Part shown: positions 35,961 to 50,000 of the stretch, piece after piece
Layout: each line of letters opens with the position of its first letter
Numbering within the stretch: position 1 is the first letter of the stretch
Assembly (NCBI GenBank): GCA_026770705.1
Contig: JANJGN010000646.1
Location: 248,001 to 312,000, forward strand
Direction of reading: 5' to 3'
Length of the DNA: 64,000 nt
DNA from: Isurus oxyrinchus
Lineage: Eukaryota
Notes under the pieces: model-generated
What the model was told of the DNA's origin: nothing
What the model saw: only the letters and a program-made list of their open reading frames with translations
The model's database searches: none
Position numbers and translations under genes: made by a program

Positions 35961-37791
35961 CATTGTTTATGGTTCTTGCTAGTTTACTCTCATATCATCA
36001 TTTCTGCCTCTTTATTATTCTGCTGGGATCCTTCAGGTCAGATTTTTGACCTCGGCAGGGGTGCACAGGGCTGGGGGCGGTGAGGAATCCGACTATCGCC
36101 TGCGATCAGCTCCGCGCTGCGATTTTACGCAGCCGGGCTAATTAAGGCCTGCCAGCATAAGATGTGGCTGCAGAATGAGTGCAAAGGGGCGGGCAGGCGT
36201 GTGTGCTTAGTGACTGCTTGGACCAATGGTGACCCAGCGGCCGATTGAAATCTGGCCACGGCAACCTTCAAAAGGCTTCCGGTGAAGGACGTTGAAATCA
36301 TGGTGGACAGCGTTCCGGGTGGAGGGGCATTCGGCCCTGCGTTTCCCTGATGAGTGATGCTGCCCTCCTGGAGGGTGTGGATATTGACCCCACTGCTCCC
36401 CCTCCCCCACTCCGCCATTCTATCCTGGGAGACCTGCCAGGTTCCTTGTTCCAGCTGCGATGGGCAGCCCTTCCACACTTTCCTGTGGGCCCCGCCCTTC
36501 ATGTCCAAAAGCGCTAAGTTTGAGCAGGGATGGAGAAATGAACAGGGGGTGTGGGATAAGTGTGGGGGTCTCACAGCCAGAACAGATGCTGCCTCAGGAG
36601 GGGGGGGGAGGTTTCACCAGCTCTCTGTCTTAACAACATCGTAACCACAGTGTGAAGATTGTCCCCATTCCCTGTATCTTAATAATATTGTAAAGACAAA
36701 TGGGAGATGTGCTGCAATCGCTGAGAAAGTACTTGGTGTGCTTACAGCACCACCACTGGCAAGAGACTGTAAGTACAGTGTGACATGTTTACATGGGAAA
36801 TTTTCATGATAAATGTGGACACAAGAATTTACATAATTTGGTGGGGAAATGCAATGACATGAATTAACAGATTGGAGCAGGGAGGTTGTCCCAGAGTAAG
36901 ATGTTTAATAAAAATATATCTGTACAGAGTTGTCTGGGCATTTCAATCCCTTGTGACAATAAATGTAATATTATAGAAAATGCAAAAGCTTCTTGTAATC
37001 TATCACAGAATAAACAAGATGCAGAATTCAGAAAGCACATTCTGAAATGTTAACAAGGTTCAGTGATGTCACATTTCTGCTAATTACTATTCGGCCATGT
37101 TGGCTGCATGCAGTCAGGCAGTCCCTCGGTTGTGATGTGTCCACACAGCAGGACTGGGATGCATCAGCATCAAAGGACATGCTTAGTTGTTGCCGTGCAA
37201 TGCATTTATTGTGAGCCTGTTGCACACATGCCCTGTCGAAGGATTCTCCGTGTTTCCATTCTGAATCGAGGCAGATCAACGTTACTACAACAACTTGCAT
37301 TTATATAGCACACTTAAAGTAGCAAACTGTCCCAAAGCTCTTCAGGGGATTGTTAACCACATATAAATCCATCTCTGAGACAAATAATGAGATATAAGGG
37401 ACAGGTGACAAAAAGCTGAGTTAACAAAGCCAGTTAATAAGGACCATGTTAAAGGAGGAGAGAGATAGACAGAGATGCAGAGGGAGAGAGACAGAGAGAG
37501 AGAGACAAAGAAGGAGAGAGAGACAGAGAGAGAGAGAGAGACAGACAGAGAAGGAGAGAGAGATAGAGAGACAGACTGGGAGAGAGAGAGACACTGAATC
37601 TCTGTCCCCAATGACTCAGCATCAAGTCGTCTCTGGGGAAACGTTTCATTCCAAACCACACCAACCACAGACCCATTCAGTCCCTTCCTCCCTCTCTCCC
37701 CCTCTCCCCCAGTGGGTTGTCTCATGTTTCAAGGAATCACAATCCCTGCCCCCATCCACAAACCTCCTCACCCCCTCTCCCCGTTTCACAC

Positions 37792-38040
37792 TCAGTTTCG
37801 CTTGAATCTGATCTGTGCGTATTCCGTCTCCTCTTCCCTGTGGACAGACCCATCACCACTGGGCACCCTGAAGACTTGGGGATTGGCGTAGAGAAGCTCA
37901 GCGGGATTGTCAGGGTTCCCATGTCCAGCACCACCTCCCACTGGACCTTCAGAGAGACCCCGGGGAACTGGGGTCTCCCCCTCGCTAGTTGTGTCTCTGG
38001 TTGTGTTCCGGGGCTCAGAAATCAGCACGTTCTGTTTACC
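37792..38040 (-). CDS. Gene B terminal exon (tail 1): degenerate ITIM LLYANP plus ITSM-like TEYAQI
   Basis: 249 nt from the tctgtag acceptor to TGA; ...ELLYANPQVF...EETEYAQIRFKRN*. Confidence 0.85.
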   Translation of the reverse strand, partial: GKQNVLISEPRNTTRDTTSEGETPVPRGLSEGPVGGGAGHGNPDNPAELLYANPQVFRVPSGDGSVHREEETEYAQIRFKRN

Positions 38041-41000
38041 CTACAGAGAAATGGAAACAGAAGACATCCTCACATCATTTACTGGCACTGATAGGGTTAA
38101 ATTATTGTGCAGCCTCATTAGTGTCAGTCGTGTCTCAGTTGGTTTTACTCTCTCTCTCATATCATAAAAAAGAAACCACCTATGACAGGGCAGCACTCCC
38201 TCAGTACTGACCCCCGACAGCGCAGCACTCCCTCAGGACTGACCCTCTGTCAGTCTCGCACTCCCTCGGTAATGTCTCTGGCGAGTGCCGGCTTGGATTC
38301 TGCACTCAGGTGCCTGACGTGAGGCTCATTAACAAGAACCTTGTAATCAGAGAGAGGATGAGAGGGAAGAGAAAGAGAGAAAGGGATAGAGATAGGGTGT
38401 TATTAATCTATTAATGTATGTAATGTAAGTGGAAATTGTCTTTTTAAACAGGGGTTTAGTCTGTGGTTGTGTCTGTGAGTGTTTTAATTGGATTAAAGCC
38501 AGCCAGTCCGGGTACTTTGATGTCAAGTAGTTTTGAGATGTAAACAAAGAGGTAAAGGGGTAATTTCCATTTTTAAACAGAGCATTCAATGTCTGGGAGT
38601 GAAATCTTAAACGAATCAATGTTTATATTACTAATAAAATTGATACGATGAAGGGTGGAGTTCAAAGGTCCTGATGATTCAATGAGAATTTACATTCAAA
38701 GAGAAGCATTGGGTATAACTTGAGCAGTTTTGTGTGTGCAGAGCAGACGCTTGTAACATCAAAGCAGCTGTAAGCCTACACCTGTCTGCAAAGGAACCAA
38801 AGTGAAAGGAACCTCATTTGGAATTTGTGAGGTGAAAATGCTTTGCCTGGAATCTGCTTAAAGTCTATGGGTTGTCTTAGAGGAGATTAGTTTGAGAATT
38901 TGTTAAAAAGTTATGATAATACTAGTTTGTAGCCATGTGCATATGTTTAACTTGTGTTAATTAATAAATGTCTCATGTAGTTTGATATAAAACCATCTCG
39001 AGAACTGGTGTTCTTATTCCTGAATTTAGAGCTGCATCTCAAACATTCCACTGGGAAATATAGGTTATGACAGTTGTTTAAAGTTTCCCTCTGGGATTTT
39101 AAACAACAGCCTTTACCAGTTGTTGTGTCATAACAGAGAGACTGCATGATACTGAACCATTGCTGACTCCACAGGTACAAATCAGTGGGTAACTGGGCTG
39201 GGAATCTGGGACACGTGTTGTCTACACACTGAGATTGAAGCTTTGGAGTGAGTGTAAACAGCTCCTGTACCTGGTGCTTCACAGAGAGTGGACTGGGGGT
39301 CAATGCAATGTCTCTGGTCCCTGAAACTCTCTCCTCCATCGCTGTCTTTCTCCTGCAATAACACAATATCACACTGTGGTTATCATATAGCAGAGAATCA
39401 GTGCAGCACAGACACAGAGCCCACTGTAACCTTACACCAACAACTGGGACTGTCTCTTTAAATCACTTCTGCACAAAGCACAGAATCAAGAAGCTTGACA
39501 CCATCCAGGACAAAGCAGCCCGATTGATCTACACCCCATACACCACATTAAACATTCACTCCCTCCACCATGAACACACAGTGGCAGCAGTGTGTGTACC
39601 ATCTACAAGATGCACTGCAGCAAATCAGCAAGGCTCCTTCGACAGCTCCTTCCAAACCCACGACCTCTACCATCTAGAAGGACAAGGGCAGCAGACACAT
39701 GGGAACACCACCACCCGGAAGTTCCCCTCCAAGTCACTCACCATCCTGACTTGGAAATATATCACCGTTCCTTCACTGTCGCTGGGTTAACATCCTGGAA
39801 CTCTCTCTCTAACAGCACTGTGGGTGTACCAACACCACATGGACTGCAGCGGGTCAAGAAGGCAGCTCACCACCACCTTCTCAATGGGCAATTAGAGATG
39901 GGCAATTTAATAACGGCCTCACCATTGACAGTCACATTCGATTAAAGAATTTAAAATCTCACAGCTCAGGAGGAAGCCAGTCAGCCCATCGTGCCTGTGC
40001 TGGCCCTTTGTAAAAACTGTCCAATTAGTCCTAAACAAATGTTTATATTAAAATCAAGTTAAATCTTCAGACTTACTTTCTCACACAGATGAAGATGAAG
40101 ATTCCAGCCAGGAAAACACTCAACATGATCCCAGCCGTGAACAATCCTACTGTCCATTTACTGGAGTCTCTACCTGTAAAAACAGCCATTAATTACTGCA
40201 CTACAGGTTTACAATGATGCTCCGATGTATCTCGAGAAGCGATACACTCACTCAGTGTTTAAATACTCATTCTCGGGCAATGCTGACATTTATTGTCCAT
40301 CCCTAGTTTCCCCTTGAGAAGGTGGTGGGGAGTCTTCCTCCTGAACCACTGGTTTGTCCCAAACTGGGAGACCAGTTCAGAGGGCAGGTAAGAGTTAACC
40401 ATGTTGGTGTCTGAGACTGGAGTCACATATACACCCAGACCTGTTAAAATGGACAGGTTTCCCTCCCTTAAGATAATTAGTGACCCATATTATATATGTA
40501 ATTTCTATATATATGTATCAACTAACCTCCCTAAAATAATCAATTATCACCTCAATTTCATGCTGTTGTTTGTGGAATCTTGCTGTGCACAAATCAGCTG
40601 TTGCGTTTCCTACATGATGACAGTGAGCTCACTTTGAAACTGCTTCACTGGTTATCGAGCGTTTTGGGAATTCCTAAGTATTTTATCAACGCAAGTCTTA
40701 TTTTTCGATTTAATCCATGTAACATTTATATATAATATTTATCAATGTGATCCCTACAGCATAAATTTATAATATTTATCAATATAATCTATGTAACATT
40801 TATATATAATTTTTATCCATTTAATCTCTGTAATATTTATATATAATGTTTCTCGATTTAATCCATGTAACATTTATATATAATATTGCCCAATGTAATA
40901 TATGTAACATTTATATATATTTATCCATTTAATCTATGTAACATTTATATATAATATTTCTCAATGTAATCTATGTAACATTTATATATAATATTTCTCA

Positions 41001-44000
41001 ATGTAATCTATGTAATATTTATATATAATATTTAGTCGTTTGGGAGGAGAACCTGAGTATTGCTGAGAAAGGACATTTTGTCAAAGCTTTCTGTCTTGCA
41101 CCCAATGAAGCAGCTTATCTGGGGGAGAGGGTTCCAGATTTCCACTCCCCTTTGTGTGAAGAAGTGCTTCCTGACATCACCCCCTGAATGGCCTGGCTCC
41201 AATTTGACCAAGTGTTGCCATTGTCACATGAGATCAGGTGATTCAAAGCTTGGTCAAAGGGGTAAGTTCTAAAGAGCATTTTAGAGGAGGTAGAGAGAGA
41301 GGTGGAGAGGTTGAGGGAGGAAATTCTCGAGTTTAGGGATCAATCCAGCTGAGTGGAGATCGATCCTGAGCGAGTCTCTCACCTTTGACCCACACATACA
41401 CCTTGAACATGGCTTCCCCGTGTGGGTTTTGAACCGAGCAGGATGCAATCACTCCCCCCTCATCCTGGGGTCTCATCAGGGTGAGGGAACCAGTCACCAG
41501 ATGCCCATCTCTGACCTGCCACGACACAAAACCTCCGTGTGTTTGGTTACCACTGATGTTGGCACTGGGCAGGTGCCAGGTGAGGTCTCCGGGTGGGTTG
41601 GAGGTGGCCACACAGATGCAGGTGACCCCCTCTGATCTCCGAGTGCACTCCGACTGCTGGGAAATCTCCGGCTTATCTGAGGAGGGAAGGATAACAATAA
41701 GACAACGTCATAGCAAAGTTAGAGCGTAAGATAGAATCTTAACACTGAAACACTCATTCCTGCCTTTGTTACCTCTGCACTCAACTATCCCAACACTCTC
41801 CTGCCCGACCTCCCATCTTCCACTCTCCGTAAACATCAGCTCATCCCAAACTCTGCTGTCCCCATGTCCTAACTCACACCGAGTCCCGTTCACACATCAC
41901 TCCCTGTTGGTCACTGAGGTACACTGGCTCCCGGTCCGACAATGCCACAATTTTAAAATTCACATTGTTTCAAATCCCTCCTTACCCCCTCCCTATCTCT
42001 GATACCTCCTTCAGACCCTTCAACCCTCCCTATCTCTGTAACCTCCTCCAGCCCCTTCAACCCTCCCTATCTCTGTAACCTCCTCCAGCCCCTACAACCC
42101 TCCCTATCTCAGTAACCTCCTCCAGCCCCTTCAACCCTCCCTATCTCTGTAAACTCCTCCAGAACCTTCAACCCTCCCTATCTCTGTAACCTCCTCCAGC
42201 CCCTTCAACCCTCCCTATCTCTGTAACCTCATCCAGCCCTTACAACCCTCCCTATCTCTGTAACCTCCTCCAGCCCCTACAACCTTCCTTATCTCTGTAA
42301 CCTCATCCAGCCGATTCAACCGTCCCTATCTCTGTAACCTCCTCCAGCCCCTTCAACCTTCCTTATCTCTGTAAACTCCTCCAGCCTCTACAACCCTCCG
42401 AGATCTCTGTGCACCTCCAATTCCAGCTTCTTGACATTCCCCCGATTCCTATCGCTCCACCATTGGCAGCCGTGCCTTCAGCTGCCTGGATCCTAACCTC
42501 TGGAATTCCCTCCCTCATTTCTCACCTCCTTCGGACAAAATCTGACCACCACCAAAAGCATCTTCCCTTCACCCCCATCCCGTTGGCATTCCACAGGGAT
42601 CATTCCCTCCAGGACACCCTGGTCCACTCCTCCATCACCCCTAGCACCTCAACCCTCTCCGATGACATCTTCCCATGTATTTGCAGAAAGTGCAACACCT
42701 GCCCCTTTACTTCCTCCCCCCTCACTGTCCAATGACCCAAACACTCCTTCCAGGTGAAGCAGCGCTTCATGTACACTTCCTTCAATTTAATCTACTGCAT
42801 TCGCTGCTCCCAATGTGGTCTCCTCTACATTGGAGACACCAAACACAGACTGGGTGATCGCTCTGATGAACACCTTCGGTCTGTCCACAAGCATGACCCA
42901 GACCTCCCTGTCGCTTGCCATTTTAACACTCCACCCTGCTCTCATGCCCACATGTCCGTCCTTGGCCTGCTGCATTGTTCCAGTGAAGCCCAACACAAAC
43001 TGGAGGAACAACACCTCATCTTCCGACCTGGCACTTTACAGCCTTCCCGACTGAATATTGAATTCAACAATTTCAGATCATGAACTCTCTCCTCGATCTT
43101 CACTGCTTTTTGAACCCTTTTTTAATGTATTCATTTTAATTGTTTTTTTTGTTAACTGTTTTCCACTTATTTTTATTATTATTATTTGAAATTCATTTCC
43201 ATTTTTATTGATTGTTTTATCCGCAGATTTTAGTCTATTTTCGATCTTTATTCCCTCCACCGTCCCCTCCCCCCTGCCACACCCCCACGAGGGCCATCTG
43301 TCTCTTTCCAGAGTGCTTACCCTGGTCCGCCCATTATCACACTCTGCTTAATGTCACCATTAGCACCTCCTTTATCCAATACCACCACTGTTAACAACCC
43401 TTTGACCTTTTGTTTATGACATTTTTCACAATCTCTCCATTGCCTCCACCTATCGCTGGTTTTCTATCCAGCTCCACCTGTCCCATCGCCCCCCCTTAGA
43501 CAGGATATATTTCACCACATGTCTACTTCCCTTTAGCTCTGAAGAGGAGTCTTACGGACTCCAAACGCTAACCCTGTCTTTCTCTCCACAGATGCTGCCA
43601 GATGCTCAGAATCAGCTGGATGGACAGAAAGACCAATGAGTGGCTTAGATCAAGAGGAGACGTTCAGCAATTAAAAGGGTTGTTCAGGACAGTTAGAGAG
43701 AGAAAGGTCGTCAAGTATGGAGATTGGAAACGAAGACCTGACAGCCTTGTCCTCACAACCATTGAAGGAGAAACTGAGAGCAAAAACAGAAAGGGAGAGG
43801 AAAAATTGGGTGTGTGGATAACGTGGACTGAGCGAGGATTGAAGAAAACTGGATTAAAAACAACACGATCCCAATGGCTCCACGGAGACCACGGAGACAA
43901 CAAACAAACAAATGTATCTCCACACTCACATTCCACAGTGATGGTTATGAACCCCTCCACTGCTCCATGTTCATTCTCTGCCACACACTGATAATCTCCA

Positions 44001-47000
44001 GTGTCCCTGGATGTAACGTGAGGAATCACCAACCACAGCTCATTGTTGGAACTTGTTCTGTTCATTGGGACATTAAGATGTCGCCACGTCAGGTTAGAAG
44101 CTGGGAAGCTCTCGACAGAGCAGATTATCACTGCAGAATTCCCCGCAATTATATTGATCGATGAAGCGTTAATCATATCAAGAGAAGTAATTGAGAGATT
44201 CTGTGGTGCATCTAAAAATATATAAAGATTTTAATGTGAGCAAACACAGTGCACAGCAAAACTTCCTGTATCATCTCGCTGTAACTGATGCCTGTGTGCA
44301 TTTCTAGGCACCTTCTCTCAAGATAAGTTCCTATGTCACATTTACAATGGGCACTGCCTATGTAAACTGTCACACTGCAGGAGCATTCTCCCACCAGAGA
44401 CGCTGCCCATCCAGATTTAAAGAAACTGCCTTTCACATCCTCAGGATGTCCCCAAGGGCTTGACAGGCAATGAATTATATTTGATCGATGGAGCACTGAG
44501 GGGTAAATCTACAATTCTCTGTTAAGGAGGTTGCTCCATCCAATTCAGGGTCTTGTTGATCCGGAGTTTACCTTCCTTCAACACAGAATCGGAGCTGACA
44601 CCGAGACTCCAGTGCAGCACTGAGTGNNNNNNNNNNNNNNNNNNNNNNNNNNNNNNNNNNNNNNNNNNNNNNNNNNNNNNNNNNNNNNNNNNNNNNNNNN
44701 NNNNNNNNNNNNNNNNNNNNNNNNNNNNNNNNNNNNNNNNNNNNNNNNNNNNNNNNNNNNNNNNNNNNNNNNNNNNNNNNNNNNNNNNNNNNNNNNNNNN
44801 NNNNNNNNNNNNNNNNNNNNNNNNNNNNNNNNNNNNNNNNNNNNNNNNNNNNNNNNNNNNNNNNNNNNNNNNNNNNNNATGTGCGTGCTTACGTGTGTGT
44901 GTGTGTGTGTGTGTGCGTGTGTGTGTGTGCGTGTGTGTGTTGTGTGTGTGCGCGTGTGCGTGTGAATGTGCGTGCTTACATGTGTGTGTGTGTCTGTTGG
45001 TGTGTGTCTGGTCTGTGTAACCTGTAAACCTAACCCTTCCACACTGATGGTCACGAACACCCCCCACTACCAACAAATTTATCTCAGTAAGGAACATGGC
45101 ACTGCCAACCTCGTCAATACCATCTTCTAAACGGGGGATTGGGTAGGAATCTGGTTTTATTGCTGCATTAACCTTTCTGTAATCTATGCAGAATCTGGTT
45201 GGAAATGAAATACCTGCTCCTTTTTACCTCCCTCCCTACGATGGTATCGTTTTAACATATTGATGTGTCACAGCCGATTCTTTATTCTACAATCTGGGGT
45301 GTCTATCAAATAATTTACTTGACCAACCCTCCTAATTACCTTGTGGAGACCACTGAACCGCGCTTTCAGAGGCTCCCCCTGCCAAGGCAATGATACTAAC
45401 ACGTCATCCCCCTGGTTGTGATGTTCGGGTCACAGCTTGCCTGTCTGCCCCATTCCTTCATTTCTGTTTGAGAAACTATAAGATGTTCTTGTGCCACTTT
45501 GGAGGCTCCCATGAGCCGTTCCTGAAACATGGACACATCATCTGAAATAGAGGATTCATCCCTCTGTCCGGAATATCTTTCTTTGATGTATTTCAAACAG
45601 CCTCTTATCTCGTGTCCATAAGTTATTCCAAAAAGACTAAAACCTGCCGATTCAGTTGGTGAATCTCATGTGGGAAATACAAGAAATCCAGTCCTTTGTC
45701 CCAGTCATGGGGAGATCATGACAATAGCTTCAATCATTGTTTTGAGGGTTTGTTGGTCCCTCTCTAAAGATCCCTGTGTCTATGGATGATATGCTGTGGA
45801 CTTTAACTGTTTTATACCCAAATTACTCATTATGTTCGGAAAATTTTAAGACATAGAGATGGAACCTTGATCTGACTGGATCTCCAGCGGTAATCCATAA
45901 TGGGTAAAAAATTGGGTTAACTTCCCTATTACTACTTTAGCTGTAATTGTTCCTAAAGGGATGGTCTCTGGAAATCGAGTTGTCATATCCATCATAGTGA
46001 GGCCATACTGGAGTCCAGCTTTCATTTTCGATAATGGTCTAATACAGTCCACTAATGCTCGTATCCAATGGTAACGGACAATTAACTCACTGGAGGAGGG
46101 GAATCCACAAATATCCCCATTCTCAATGAAGGGGGAGCCCAGCACATCAGGGCAAAAGATAAGGCTGAAGCATTTGCTACAACAATTATCCATTTCTGTC
46201 TGGCGTAAAAATAAATCAGGAAATGGTGCTCAACCAGGGCTTACAAAAGAAATTAGGGATAGTATTAGATCCAGAGAGGAGACATAAAATTGCCAGGGGA
46301 AGCAGCAATGCTGAGGATTGGGAGCAGTTTAGAATTCAGCAAAAGTGGACAAAAAGATTGATCAAGAAGGGGAAAATGGAACATGGGAGTAAACTTGCAG
46401 GGAACGTAAAAACCGACTGTAAAAGCTTCTATAAATATGTGAAGAGAGAAAGATTAGCAGTGACCGATGTAGGTTCCTTGCAGTCAGAAATGGGGGAAAT
46501 TCTAATGAGAAACAAAGAAATGGCAGAAGAACTGAACATATATTTTGGTTCTGTCTTCACAAAAGAGGACACAAATAATTTCCCAGGAATGTTAGGGAAC
46601 CAAGTGTCTAGTGAGAGGGAGGAATTGAAGATAATCAGGATTAGTTTTAAAAAATGGAGCTGGAGAAATTAATGGGTTAAAGGTTGAACAGTCCCCAGGG
46701 CCTGAAAATCTACATCCCAGAGACTAACGGAAGTGACCCTGGAAATATTGGAAGCACTGGTGGTCATCCTCCAAAATTCTATAGGCTCTGGAGCAGTTCC
46801 TATAGATTGGAGGGTGGCAATTGTAACCCCACTATTTAAAATAGAAGGGAGAGAAAAAAACTGGGAATTACAGACCAGTTAGTCTAACATGGGGAAAACG
46901 CTAGAGCCTATTATATAAGGTGTGCTAACGGAACGCTTGGAAAGCATTAATGGGATTAGACAAAGTCAGCATGGGTTAATGAAAGGAAAACCATGCTTAA

Positions 47001-50000
47001 CTAATCTATTGGAGATTTTGAGGATGTAACTTGTGGAATAGATAAGGGATAACCAGTGGATGTGGTGTTTTTAGATTTCAAGAAGGCTTTTGATAAGGTC
47101 CCACATAAGAGGCTAGTGGGCAACATTAAAGCCCATGGGATTGGGGGTAATTTACTGGCATGGATTGAGAATTGGTCGACAGACAGGAAACAGAGGGTCA
47201 GAATAAATTAGTCTTTATCTGAGTGGCAGGCGGTGACCAGTGGTGTACCACAGCGATCCGTGCTTGGGACCTAACTATTCACGATATATTTAAATGACTT
47301 GGGTGAAGGAGCCAAGTGCAATATTTCCAGGTTTTCTGATGACACAACGCTGGGTAAGGGTGTGAGCTGTGAGGAGGATGCAAAGAGGCTTCAAGGCGAT
47401 TTAGACAAGTTGTGTGTGTGGGCAAACACATGGCAGATGATGTGGATGAATGTGACATTGTAGGCTTTGGTGTGAAAAACAGAAAGGCAGAGTATTATTT
47501 AAATGGTGATATAATGGGAAATGTGGATGTATAAAGGGATCTGGGTGTCCTTGTGCACTAGCCAATGAAAGTAAACAGGCAGGTGCAGCAAGTAATTCGG
47601 AAGGCAAATGGTATGTTGTCCTTCATTGCAAGAGGATTTGTGTTCAGGAGTAGGGATGTCTTACTGCAGTTATATAAGGTCTTGGTGAGACTGCACATGG
47701 GGTACTACGTGCCGTTTTGGTCTCCCTCCCTAAAAAAGGATAGACTTGCCGTCGAGAGAGCGCAGAGAAGGTTCTCTAGGCTGATACCAGGGGCGGCAGG
47801 ACTGTCGTATGAGGAGAATTGGTACGACTGGGTCTGTATTCACTAGAGTTTAGAAGAATGAGAGGAGACCTGAATAAACGTAAGAAATTCTAACAGAGAT
47901 AGACAGACTGGATGGAGGGAGGATGCATCCCTTGGTTGGGGAGTCTAAAACCAAGGGCGACAATCTCAGGATACAGGGCAGGCCATTTTGGACTGAGATA
48001 GGGAAACATTTCTTCACTGAGAGGGTGGTCAATCTGTGGAATTCTCCATCACAGAGGCTGTGGAGGCCGGGTCACTGAGTGTATTCAAGAAAGAAACTGA
48101 TAAATATTTTGATATTAGGGGCATCAAAGGGTACGGAGAGAAAGCGGGAATAAGGCTTTGAGATAGAGGGTCAGCCTTGATCATATTGAATGGCGGAGAA
48201 GGCTTGAAGGGCTGAATGTCCTAATCGTGCTCCTAGTTTCTATGTACCTAGGTATCTATAGAACTATCTCTCTCCGTGTTCTATTCTCATGTGACCTTGA
48301 GTAATTAATGATAAATACTATCTATTTACATTGCTAATATTAAACTTTTATACTACAACTCCCCCAAAATCTTTGACATCAATGAAGACAATATTTATAT
48401 TATCCTATATTGTCTTTTAAGTTCAACCTTGGCCCCCTCTGCCCTATCAAGTAGGCATAAACAATCCCAAGGCTCAATACAGGAAGAGCTCTCCCTGGTC
48501 AATATCACTAATAAAAAAGGACCTGTTTTGTCTTCAACCCAGTGATGTTTGTGGGATCTTGCTCTGCACATTGTATCCTATTACAGCTAATATAGAATCA
48601 AGGGTTTCAGTACTTACCTTGTACAGTTAGTACAAGGGTCCGCTCCGATGAAACAGATGGATATCTCACTCTGCAGCTGAGAGTGTGTCCGTGGTGTTTG
48701 AGTGATGGGATCAGGGTCAGAACAGAAGTATAGGTCAGAGTGACATCATGCTGAGTTACAGTGTTTGAGACTGATCCAGGTACGTCAGTGGGAGTGTCCC
48801 AGGTTAAGACAGGCGCTGCTGTTCCATTGCACGTTGTGTTGAAGGTGCAGCTTACATCCACACGCTTTCCTGCAATAATTTCAGCAGGGAATATCGTGGG
48901 TTTATCTGTGAAATCTAACAGACAGAGAATGGATCCTTTTAGAGAAATATAACGTGAAGCATCAGTTCAAATAGAAATCACAGTCCCACAAGAGAAAGCA
49001 CTTTTACAAGGATGATATCAGAACTGAGAGATTACAACGATCAGGAGAGACTTTCCTATTTTCAGACTTAGTGGAGTTTCTGTCACTCAGATGAATTCAC
49101 TTCCACTTTGAGACAATTGAATTGACAATCCCGGGTCAGGGTGGGGGATCAGCTCACAGTTCCTGACACACTGGCTTGTTACTTTCTCCGAAATCTGCCA
49201 GATTTAAATTCTATCCAGTTCCCAGCAGGAGAGAATCCATTTGAACCAATCACTGAACCGGCATTTAAAGCAGATGATCAGGTTATTGATCACATTGCTG
49301 TTTCTGGGAGCTTCCTGTGCACAAATTGGCTGCTGTGTTTCCTATATTACAACAAGGGCTACATTTCAAGAATTATTTCAATGGTTGTGAATCCATTTGC
49401 GATGTCCAGAGGTGGTGAAAGGCGCTATAGAAATGCAAATCTTTCTTTTGTTGATATGTAAGAATTTTAAACAGGATTAGGGAGATTGATGTAAGTGGAT
49501 AACCTGATAACATTGATGGACACAGTCAATACATTTAATCACTGATATTAAAGTGAGTATTAGAGGTTGTTTTAGGACTGAACTGGAAGCTATCACCAGG
49601 TTATTGAGAATCAGACAGCGTGTTATAATTAGCTGTGTTTTGTGTTAATATGTAAACGTCACAGTTTGTGTTATTTCCCATTGAGTGTTGAATGTGAATT
49701 GTTGAGTAATTATAACACAGCACTTACCAGAAACATGAAGCTGGGTTACAGGGTAATAGTTATGGCTCGGACCATTGTCAAATTCTATTCTGAAAAAATA
49801 AGGTCCTGCATCTTCCCGTCTGATGTTGTTTATAATCAGGGAACAGTCGCCATCTTTCAGGTCTCCAGACAGCCGGGTCCGATGGTGGAACCGTGGTAAC
49901 TCGTGACTGTGATCCTTGGAGTGAAAGGCAATGGGAGCCCAGGGAATCTGTTTCTCATTATTAAACCAGACTCCACCTCGCGGTTGGTTTTCCGGACACA

